Shown here piece after piece: positions 1 to 7,556 of a DNA stretch of 33,768 nt. Position numbers and translations under genes: made by a program. Every line of letters begins with the position of its first letter. Within the stretch, counting starts at the first letter, position 1. This DNA is from an uncultured Candidatus Saccharibacteria bacterium (GTDB lineage Bacteria > Patescibacteriota > Saccharimonadia > Saccharimonadales > Saccharimonadaceae). The notes under the pieces are model-generated. The model made no database searches. It saw only the letters and a list, made by a program, of their open reading frames with translations, and was not told the origin of the DNA. Location: positions 1 through 33,768 of the forward strand of contig CAMEGH010000001.1 in NCBI GenBank assembly GCA_945916045.1, read 5' to 3'.

Positions 1-237
1 ATTCGTGTGCCGGGCGAGAGCGACGGTATTGTTGGCAAACCAGGCACAGATTTGCATGTGCCGTACTACACTATTAGTATGGTAGTAGGGACGCAATCTG
101 GCGATGAATTGATTGAAGCAATTACTGCTGGTGGCCAATCGTGCAAAGCGCCGAGCGAAAGTGAATTTACCGATAGCGAATACTGTGCTGTAAATAAAAT
201 TGAATTTGTGGCGCGCAGCGGGGCGCCAGGGTTGTAG
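1..237 (+). CDS. 3' end of a hypothetical protein, 5'-truncated by the window edge; possibly pilus-associated
   Basis: Frame 1 is open from nt 1 to TAG at 235-237. It ends 3 nt before the PilX-like gene. No recognisable motif. Confidence 0.4.
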   Translation: MRVPGESDGIVGKPGTDLHVPYYTISMVVGTQSGDELIEAITAGGQSCKAPSESEFTDSEYCAVNKIEFVARSGAPGL

Positions 238-240
238 CGT

Positions 241-1500
241 ATGATACAGAAAGGAGTGGGCGTGAAGCAAAAGATACGAAGCGGAGCCGAAGGGGCGGTA
301 TCATTGTTTGTAGTTATATTTACGTCGATTTTGCTAACAGGAATAACGGTTGGGTTTACGATTTTAATGTTGTCGGATCAAGAACGTTCGATCGACAACG
401 ACTTGGCGCAGAGTGCGCTCGATTCTGCCGAGGCAGGAGTGGAAGACGCCAAGCGTGTATTGGCACAGCTGGCGGATTGCCAAGAAAAGGGTTTGATTAA
501 TAGCAGTAATCGAAGTCCGCGCAATCCACTATGTGATCGCATCGCACAAGCGGTGAGTGCTGGTGAATGTGATACGATTTCTGTCGCAATGGGCGAAGGG
601 AGTGCAGCAGAGCGCAAGATTGCACAAACCGAAGGTGACCATCAGCTCGACCAAGCCTATACCTGCGTTACGATCAACCCAGACACCGATACGTTTGTGG
701 GGCAAATTAGCAACGAAGCCGACATGCAGGTGATTCCGCTACGCGCTTCGGCGGCGTTTGATACGGTAGAAATTAGCTGGATCGACCGTACTGATATTTC
801 GGGTGATATTGATTTTTCACCTGAACTAAAAGGCGACACGATCTCGCTCCCTGATCGTGCTGAATGGGAAGAGCGGGGCGCGGGTGATATTCTGCGTGTT
901 GGAAAAATGATATACGACGACGAGGCGATGAACCTGCAACAGATGGATGAGCAGCTGCGAACAGTATTTTTGTACAGCAGCTTGGTGGGCGGAACGATTG
1001 ACTTAACGGACGCTTCGGTGGATGGGCATACGCCAATTTCGCCCGGGGAGTTGCCAGAGGCGGGCGGTACGCCAAATCGGCCAGTATCGGCGCAGTGTGA
1101 TGACCGAAAAGAGCGAGGCTATTTGTGTAAAACGGTTATTAAAGTGAAGGATATCGTAGATGATAGGTTGGTGGATTTAACGCTGGCATCGGTATATCGC
1201 CAGACGAGTTTTAGTATTGCATTAAAGGACAGTACCGACCCAGAAAAAGATATTCAATTCCGTGGCGTGCAACCAGAAATTGATTCAACCGGGCGCGCTA
1301 ATAATGTGTTCCGGCGCGTGGTGTCGCGAGTAGAAGCGCGTGGCGGCAGTGTGCCATTTCCGCGTGCGGCCGTAGCGACAGATGGTAGTTTGTGTAAAAA
1401 CTTTACCGTTACCGATGACCCGGCGGATTATAACGAAGGAGGCGAAAGCGGTACGACAGGTTCTGGGTGTTACAATTTGCAAGGTGGTGGTGCTTTTTAG
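241..1500 (+). CDS. PilX-N-like type IV pilus minor pilin / pseudopilin-like protein
   Basis: 419 aa. One N-terminal hydrophobic helix (AVSLFVVIFTSILLTGITVGFTILML) is followed by ...ERSIDNDLAQSALDSAEAGVEDAK, the PilX_N/TadG-like pattern. The rest is a Cys-containing extracellular domain. Confidence 0.5.
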   Translation: MIQKGVGVKQKIRSGAEGAVSLFVVIFTSILLTGITVGFTILMLSDQERSIDNDLAQSALDSAEAGVEDAKRVLAQLADCQEKGLINSSNRSPRNPLCDRIAQAVSAGECDTISVAMGEGSAAERKIAQTEGDHQLDQAYTCVTINPDTDTFVGQISNEADMQVIPLRASAAFDTVEISWIDRTDISGDIDFSPELKGDTISLPDRAEWEERGAGDILRVGKMIYDDEAMNLQQMDEQLRTVFLYSSLVGGTIDLTDASVDGHTPISPGELPEAGGTPNRPVSAQCDDRKERGYLCKTVIKVKDIVDDRLVDLTLASVYRQTSFSIALKDSTDPEKDIQFRGVQPEIDSTGRANNVFRRVVSRVEARGGSVPFPRAAVATDGSLCKNFTVTDDPADYNEGGESGTTGSGCYNLQGGGAF

Positions 1501-1526
1501 GAATAGTGCGTTTGTAGTAAAGAATA

Positions 1527-1555
1527 AAAACCTCCCGAACTGGGAGGTTTTCTGT
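1527..1555. terminator. bidirectional intrinsic terminator between convergent genes
   Basis: Stem aacctccc / gggaggtt with loop gaact, an A-run upstream and a T-run downstream. Confidence 0.75.
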
Positions 1556-1574
1556 ATATTATAACGAGTATAAA

Positions 1575-2507
1575 CTACCGACTATGAAACTTATCGTGCA
1601 CTTCTTTCAAATGCTCGTCGGTAACGTGCGTGTACACCTGCGTGGTGCTGATGTCGCTGTGGCCGAGCATGTTTTGCACACTACGGATATCGGCGCCGTT
1701 CATTAGCAGATCGGTGGCAAAACTGTGGCGCATGGTGTGCGGACTGACGTGTTTGGTAATGCCGGCAAGTTTGGCGTATTTGCTGACCATTCGCTGCACG
1801 CTGCGCGGCGTAATCCGGCGGAAATCGCCATCGGTCGAAGTTGCTTGCACATTGCGGCTATAGCTAATAAACAGCGGCACTAAGCTATCGGTGCGTACGG
1901 CCAAATAATTTTCTACGTGTTCGGCGGCGGCTTCGCTAATAAACACTGGGCGGTCTTTTTGGCCTTTTCCGCGTACCATAAATTCGCGGCGTTTGGTGTT
2001 TACGTGGTCGCGGTCCAGCCCGACCAATTCGCTGACGCGCAGCCCGCTCGAAAAGAGTAGCTCAATAATCGCTCGGTCACGCAGTCCGGCGTCGTCATCT
2101 GTTTTAATCTCGCTAATTAGGCGCTCAATTTCATCCACGTGCAAAAAGGTTACTTGCTTGCGGTGCGTTTTTGGCAGCTCAATTTTGTTGGGCGGCAGCG
2201 ACGTAATATCGCGCTTGGAAAGATACTGCAAAAACCCGCGCAGGGCAATCAGGTGGTAACTTTGCGTCATGACGCCTAGTTTTTCGCCGTTGGCGTTTTC
2301 GTACCGGTTCAGCCACAAACGATATTTGCGGATGGTTTCGGTGGTGATTTCATCAACCGTAATATGGCCGACAAAATCATTAAAACGCTGCATATAATGC
2401 GTGTAATTTTCGGCAGTGCGCGTGCTGCGTCCCCCTTCGACTTCAATCGATTCGGCAAAGTCGTAAATCAGGTCGGGCAAAAAGTATTTTTGTTTCTCTT
2501 TTGTCAT
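1575..2507 (-). CDS. tyrosine site-specific recombinase, XerC/XerD family
   Basis: Motifs [23 protein letters not shown] and [14 protein letters not shown] give the R..HxxR..H..Y catalytic signature. Start moved to the internal ATG (MTKEKQKYF) at 2507; the longer ORF overlaps the ndk start. Confidence 0.85.
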   Translation of the reverse strand: MTKEKQKYFLPDLIYDFAESIEVEGGRSTRTAENYTHYMQRFNDFVGHITVDEITTETIRKYRLWLNRYENANGEKLGVMTQSYHLIALRGFLQYLSKRDITSLPPNKIELPKTHRKQVTFLHVDEIERLISEIKTDDDAGLRDRAIIELLFSSGLRVSELVGLDRDHVNTKRREFMVRGKGQKDRPVFISEAAAEHVENYLAVRTDSLVPLFISYSRNVQATSTDGDFRRITPRSVQRMVSKYAKLAGITKHVSPHTMRHSFATDLLMNGADIRSVQNMLGHSDISTTQVYTHVTDEHLKEVHDKFHSR

Positions 2508-2582
2508 GCTTTTAGTGTAGCATGTTTTGCGGCCTCTGGTGGTGTGGTAAAATAAAGAGAGTAATCTAAGAAGGAGACACCT

Positions 2583-3095
2583 GTGGCGCAAGCAAATCAC
2601 GTCGAAAAAACACTAGTACTTTTTAAACCAGATGCCGTACAGCGCGGAATTGTAGGCGAGATTTTGACTCGTTTTGAACGCGTTGGCCTGAAGATTGTTG
2701 GCACAAAAATGATCTTCCCAGACCGCGACCACTACTACGCACACTACGAATCAATCGGCAAAATGGTAACTCGCCGCGGCGACGGCGCGTTTCAGGTAAC
2801 GCTCGATTTTATGGGGCAGGGCCCAGTGATCGCCATGGTATTTGAAGGCGTTGAAGCAGTTGGTTTGGTGCGCAAAATGGTAGGCGGTACCGAACCAAAA
2901 TCAGCTGACCCAGGCACAATCCGCGGCGACTTTAGTCACATGAGCTTTGAATACGCAGACGGCAAAAAGAAGGGAATTCCAAACTTGATGCACGCCAGCG
3001 GCGACCCAGAAGAAGCCGAGCAAGAAATTGCACACTGGTTTAGCGACGACGAAATCTATAGCTACGAAATTGCTCACGAACGATTTTTGCGCTAA
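2583..3095 (+). CDS. ndk: nucleoside-diphosphate kinase
   Basis: EKTLVLFKPDAVQRGIVGEILTRFERVGLKIVG, GTIRGDF and NLMHASGD match NDK. GTG start follows an AAGGAG SD 7 nt upstream. Confidence 0.9.
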   Translation: MAQANHVEKTLVLFKPDAVQRGIVGEILTRFERVGLKIVGTKMIFPDRDHYYAHYESIGKMVTRRGDGAFQVTLDFMGQGPVIAMVFEGVEAVGLVRKMVGGTEPKSADPGTIRGDFSHMSFEYADGKKKGIPNLMHASGDPEEAEQEIAHWFSDDEIYSYEIAHERFLR

Positions 3096-3128
3096 GTTGC
3101 ACCTAGTCTGCGCAAAACCCGCGCACGC

Positions 3129-3158
3129 AAAACCTCCTCGCCAACAGAGGAGGTTTTT
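3129..3158 (+). terminator. intrinsic terminator after ndk
   Basis: Stem aacctcctc / gaggaggtt followed by TTT. A TATAAT at 3161-3166 follows and could drive the tRNA. Confidence 0.8.
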
Positions 3159-3177
3159 GCTATAATGCAAAGTACTC

Positions 3178-3254
3178 GCCTCGATAGCTCAACTGGATAG
3201 AGCAGTTCCGTCCTAAGGAAAAGGTTGTAGGTTCGACTCCTACTCGGGGTACCA
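3178..3254 (+). tRNA. tRNA-Arg(CCT)
   Basis: Hand-folded cloverleaf: acceptor gcctcga/tcggggt, D-stem gctc/gagc, anticodon loop gtCCTaa, T-arm gtagg-ttcgact-cctac, encoded CCA. Confidence 0.8.
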
Positions 3255-3324
3255 GGTAAAGCGCGGCGCGCTGGGTTTTACCTGGATGTGCCCAACCGCT
3301 TGCGTATGTAGTATAATACTATTA

Positions 3325-3873
3325 ATGTCACGCAACGACGATTACGAATCAGAAAAAGCCTTCGAAGGCCAGCGCGATGGCGAAGAGGTGATTGCGGTAT
3401 TTCACCGCCATATTATTGCCATGCGCAAGGGGTTTTTGGGCTTGCTGATTCCGCTGGCGCTCACGTCGATTCCGCCGCTTATTTGGCAGTCAAACTTGGA
3501 ATTATTTTTACTGCCGATTGGCGGGTTGCTTATTGGCTTGCTGATTTTTGCGTACCACTTTATTATTTGGCGTTACACGGTGTTTGTGTTGACCGATCAG
3601 CGCCTGCGCCAAATCACGCAAAACGGCTTTTTTGGCACCGATGTGGTCGAGCTAAAGCTATCAAAAATCCATAACATAAGCTATAATATACCAGGATTTA
3701 GTGGAGAGATTTTTGGGTTTGGCACGATTGTAATTCAAACCTACGTGGGCGATTTGGTGATTAATTTAGTCGAACGCCCAGAGAAAATCTACAATCTGCT
3801 ACAAGACGCCGTCGAAGCGGTTGAACAAGAGCGAGGAGCGAATGAAGAAGTTGACATCGAAACTGAAGCGTAA
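3325..3873 (+). CDS. membrane protein with bacterial PH (bPH_2 / YdbS-YdbT-like) domain
   Basis: Two TM helices are followed by YTVFVLTDQRLRQI...VVELKLSKIHNISY...IVIQTY. Start taken at the ATG 7 nt downstream of TATAAT (3312-3317). Confidence 0.65.
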   Translation: MSRNDDYESEKAFEGQRDGEEVIAVFHRHIIAMRKGFLGLLIPLALTSIPPLIWQSNLELFLLPIGGLLIGLLIFAYHFIIWRYTVFVLTDQRLRQITQNGFFGTDVVELKLSKIHNISYNIPGFSGEIFGFGTIVIQTYVGDLVINLVERPEKIYNLLQDAVEAVEQERGANEEVDIETEA

Positions 3874-4930
3874 TAAGCCGGCCAAAAAGCCTGAGCGAAT
3901 TACTAACGCGACCGTTGCGGAGCACCGTGAGCGGATTTTGGCAGGTGCGCGCAAATTTGCGTATCCGATTCAGTATACGCGCCAGCAATTGGTGTTAATT
4001 GCGACCGGCATTGGGTTGGCGGTGGTGCTGCTGTTTGTGGCGTTTAGCTGGTACCAATTGTACCGCGCGCAAACGACAGGGCAGTTTTTTTACCGAATTA
4101 CGCAATTGGTACCGTTGCCGGTGGCCAAGGTGGACGACGAGTTGGTTCGATATAGCGATTATCTGTTAGAATATCGCAGCAATGAAACGTACCTCACGAC
4201 CGTAGAAAACATCGACAAAAACAGCAAAGAAGATGGCGTGCAAGAGCAGTTTGATTATATTCGCGTGCAAGCAATGCAAAAAGCGGTGGCCAATACGTAC
4301 GCGCAAAAAATTGCTAACGAGCGGGGAATTGAAATTACCGACGACCAAGTAACAGCCGCGATTGAACGCACGCGCCGGGTGAATTCATCGCAAGAAATTA
4401 GCGAAGCGGCGTACAACCGCACGCTCGAGCAATATTATGGCCAATCACCAGATGAAGGCCGCTACGTGATGAAGCAAAGTTTGCTGCGCCAAGAAGTGTC
4501 ATACGCGATTGATGAGCGCGCCCAAAGCGTGGCCGATGCGGTAGAAAAGCGCATTAGTGCGGCAAATGGCGATAGCGCCGTGGATTTTGAAAAATTGGCG
4601 GCAGATATGCAAGGCGAATATGCCGAAGTGCAACAAGCGACCTCTGGCTGGGTGCGCGAAAATAACCCGGATGGCGGCATCGCGGCGGCGGCTGCGGCGC
4701 TCGACAAAGGGCAGGTGGCTGGGCCGATTAAGCCATTTAGTGGTGACGGGTACTACTTCATCCAGCTGATTGATCGCAATCAAAACGGCGAAATTAACTA
4801 CGCGCACATTAAAGTGCCGCTGCTGGTATTTGCCGAACAAGTTGCTGCGTTGCAACAAGACGGCAAAATTGAACACTACATTGCTATGCCCGATGTTCAG
4901 CCGCAATTGCAATCTGACGACGAAAACTAA
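3842..4930 (+). CDS. membrane-anchored SurA-N / PpiC-like chaperone (peptidyl-prolyl isomerase family)
   Basis: Basic N-terminus, one TM helix, a long helical SurA_N-like region, and a C-terminal ...KGQVAGPIKPFSGDGYYFIQLIDRN rotamase-like remnant. GGAG SD lies before the ATG at 3842. Overlaps the upstream gene by 32 nt. Confidence 0.5.
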   Translation: MKKLTSKLKRNKPAKKPERITNATVAEHRERILAGARKFAYPIQYTRQQLVLIATGIGLAVVLLFVAFSWYQLYRAQTTGQFFYRITQLVPLPVAKVDDELVRYSDYLLEYRSNETYLTTVENIDKNSKEDGVQEQFDYIRVQAMQKAVANTYAQKIANERGIEITDDQVTAAIERTRRVNSSQEISEAAYNRTLEQYYGQSPDEGRYVMKQSLLRQEVSYAIDERAQSVADAVEKRISAANGDSAVDFEKLAADMQGEYAEVQQATSGWVRENNPDGGIAAAAAALDKGQVAGPIKPFSGDGYYFIQLIDRNQNGEINYAHIKVPLLVFAEQVAALQQDGKIEHYIAMPDVQPQLQSDDEN

Positions 4931-4948
4931 CGAATTATAGGAGGAGTT

Positions 4949-5554
4949 ATGCACACTCTACCAACTTTAGCGTACCAGTACGACGCGCTGGCGCCGCATA
5001 TTAGCGAAGAAATTATGCGCTTGCACCATGCCAAGCACCACCAAACATATGTGGACAAACTCAATGCTGCGCTGGAAGATGCGCCAGAAGACATTGCGGC
5101 ATTGCCGTTAGAAACGTTGCTTGCGCGCCTTGAAGACGTGCCAGAAAAAGTCCGTACGGCAGTGCGTAACAATGGCGGCGGGCATTATAATCATTCGCTT
5201 TTTTGGAATTGTATGACGCCAGGCGGCAGCGAACTTGTGGGTGATTTGCGCGCTGGGCTGGAAGAAAAATACGGCACCATCGATGCGTTTAAAGAGGCAT
5301 TTACTGCTAGAGCAACGGGCTTGTTTGGCAGTGGCTGGGTGTGGCTGATGCCAGACTTTTCGCTGCAAACGTCGCCAAACCAAGATTCGCCAGTGATGGA
5401 TGGCGAACCGGCGCCAATTTTAGGGCTTGATGTGTGGGAGCACGCCTACTATTTGGATTACAAAAATGTGCGCCCCGACTACATCGCTGCGTGGTGGCAG
5501 GTGGTTGACTGGGCGGCGGTCGCAAGCCGGTATGCGGCAGGCGAGCGCGGCTAG
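4949..5554 (+). CDS. sodA: Fe/Mn-family superoxide dismutase
   Basis: LPTLAYQYDALAPHISEEIMRLHHAKHHQTYV and DVWEHAYYLDYKN match the family. AGGAGG SD upstream. Metal specificity was not determined. Confidence 0.9.
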   Translation: MHTLPTLAYQYDALAPHISEEIMRLHHAKHHQTYVDKLNAALEDAPEDIAALPLETLLARLEDVPEKVRTAVRNNGGGHYNHSLFWNCMTPGGSELVGDLRAGLEEKYGTIDAFKEAFTARATGLFGSGWVWLMPDFSLQTSPNQDSPVMDGEPAPILGLDVWEHAYYLDYKNVRPDYIAAWWQVVDWAAVASRYAAGERG

Positions 5555-5558
5555 CCGG

Positions 5559-7502
5559 TTAGTGTTTTATTCGTAGCTCGGTACCTTGTTCGGCGTTGTC
5601 ATATGTGGCAGCGCCGTTTTCGTTGGGCGACGCTAGGTTGTCGTCGGCTGGGCCGTAATCCGCAATGGTATTGTACGGTTCATCGATAGGCTCAGGCGTG
5701 TCTGCAAATGGCTGGTTTTGATCGTAGGCTTGCGGCTGGACTGCGGCAGGATCGGCGTAATCCGGCTGCTGATAGGGCGCAGTGGCGTAGTCGTTTTCTG
5801 GGTAGCTTGGCGGCATGTAGGTGTTCGGGTCGTACGCGGCCGGAGCTTGGTCGTAAGGGTGGCTGTATTCTGGCGCAGGCGGTGTATAGCCTGGTTGGTT
5901 GTAGTTTTGCGTCGGTGTTGTTTGGCTTGCTGGCGCTGCAAGCATGTCGTAGGCTTCGGCTTCGTAGCTTGATGCGTTCATTTCGTTAGACGGTTGCGTG
6001 CTGTAGGATTCGTTACTGCTACTGGTGCTGGCTACGTACTCTTCGCCCGCAGCTGGCGGCGTAAAGCCGTCATCAATCACAATTGGACTGTAGCCTTGCG
6101 CTGCTTGCTCTTGCTGTTTTTTGCGGCGAACGCGAACAATAATGAGCCAGAATACGGCTAGTAAGCCAAGAATACCGCCAATAATTCCCATAACAATCCC
6201 AGTTGTTGAGCCGCCGCCAGAACCGCCGGCTGACTCAGTCATGTTGAAGGTGAACTCTTGTGTATCGGGCACACCGCCGTTTTCAAATTCAAGTGCGTCG
6301 ACCGTTACTTCTTCTTCTGCGGCGCTATTGCCGCGCTCAACAGAGATAGTGTAAGTACCTTCTTTTAGTTCGAAGGTGCCTTCACCAGTACTGTTTGTAG
6401 TGTACGCGCCTTCGTGGCCGCTGACAGAAATTGTTGCGTTGGCAGCTGGTATGTCATTTTGTAGAACAGTAACTTTTACTGGGTAACCTTTGGTAGTGAA
6501 CGAACCTTCGTAGGTGTCGCTAAAGGCACCGGCACCTTTTTTGTCGGTAGAGATTTTATAAAAATAGGTGGTTCCCGGGAGTAGATCTTCCATCTCAATA
6601 CTGTATGAAGGGAAGCTTTGTGGATTGTCATCGTCGGCGTCGTAGGTAGAAACGTCTGCCTCATTCGAGAGGTCGCTTTCTGATGTTCCGTACGTAAATG
6701 TACTAGTGCCGGGGTGATTTGTTTCCCATGAAAGTTCGGCATTATCGTACAAAAAACTTGTTCGGATATTGCTAATGACCAGCGCCGGATTGGTGTTGTC
6801 GAGTTCTTCTTCGTCCTCTGGTTCTTCTTCAACGCGCGCAGCGGCATCGGGCGGCGTGCTGGTTCTGGAAGGGGTCGGTGTCGGTGTGGTTGGCCGTGAC
6901 GGCGTAGGAGTCGGCCGCGGCTGTGGACGTGGCTGTGGCTGGGGTTGTGGTTGCGGCCGTGGCGGCGGGTTGGGTGCGGGTGGTGTCGGCGGTGTTGGCG
7001 GCGGGTTGGGTGCGGGTGGTGTCGGTGGCGCAGGCGGGCTGTTGACGGTAATAACGCTCGAGCCGGATGTTGCATTAGCTCCGTTTACGGTACCAGAAGG
7101 GGTGATAGTAGTGCGTCCGGATTTTAGCGCACGGAATGTCACCGTGAAAGCAAGCAGGTTGTTGCCGACAGGTCCAGACCCAAATACGCCGGTATTATGG
7201 TAGAAATGAATTGCACCCGGGGAGGAGTTCGTCGGAGAGGTGTTGCCGTATCTGCTGCCTGCATTAGTCATGCGCACAATCGAAAGGGCAGAGGCGTCGA
7301 ACCGTGTCATGATGTTCGTGACCGATCCTTGTGCCGGGGCGTTTACACGCACTTGCACATCAAAAACATTGCCACGCGTAATGCTTCGATTGGTCGGCGA
7401 CATATGCACGCGCGAGCTGGATTGCGCTTGTAGCGGAATTGCAAAGCACAGAAACGCCACGAGTGCGACGACGACCGGAACGAGAAATTTAAGGTGTTTC
7501 AT
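5559..7502 (-). CDS. type-I membrane surface protein, paralog A: signal peptide, cohesin-like domain, Pro-rich linker, FN3-like domain, CarboxypepD_reg-like domain, TM helix, Tyr/Pro/Gln-rich cytoplasmic tail
   Basis: Start set at MKHLKFLVPVVVALVAF...LQAQ (signal peptide). Cohesin-like pattern VFDVQVRV...FDASALSIV...LLAFTVTFRALKSG. PAPPTPPAPNPPP linker. ELSWETN...TTYFYKIS (FN3-like). KVTVLQND...GTFELKEGTYTISV. TM helix IVMGIIGGILGLLAVFWLIIV followed by RRKKQ. Confidence 0.7.
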   Translation of the reverse strand: MKHLKFLVPVVVALVAFLCFAIPLQAQSSSRVHMSPTNRSITRGNVFDVQVRVNAPAQGSVTNIMTRFDASALSIVRMTNAGSRYGNTSPTNSSPGAIHFYHNTGVFGSGPVGNNLLAFTVTFRALKSGRTTITPSGTVNGANATSGSSVITVNSPPAPPTPPAPNPPPTPPTPPAPNPPPRPQPQPQPQPRPQPRPTPTPSRPTTPTPTPSRTSTPPDAAARVEEEPEDEEELDNTNPALVISNIRTSFLYDNAELSWETNHPGTSTFTYGTSESDLSNEADVSTYDADDDNPQSFPSYSIEMEDLLPGTTYFYKISTDKKGAGAFSDTYEGSFTTKGYPVKVTVLQNDIPAANATISVSGHEGAYTTNSTGEGTFELKEGTYTISVERGNSAAEEEVTVDALEFENGGVPDTQEFTFNMTESAGGSGGGSTTGIVMGIIGGILGLLAVFWLIIVRVRRKKQQEQAAQGYSPIVIDDGFTPPAAGEEYVASTSSSNESYSTQPSNEMNASSYEAEAYDMLAAPASQTTPTQNYNQPGYTPPAPEYSHPYDQAPAAYDPNTYMPPSYPENDYATAPYQQPDYADPAAVQPQAYDQNQPFADTPEPIDEPYNTIADYGPADDNLASPNENGAATYDNAEQGTELRIKH

Positions 7503-7556
7503 GGTGCGTTTCTTTTTATTTATTGTTGATGTTGCTGCTGGTTTCATGCGTAGGTG

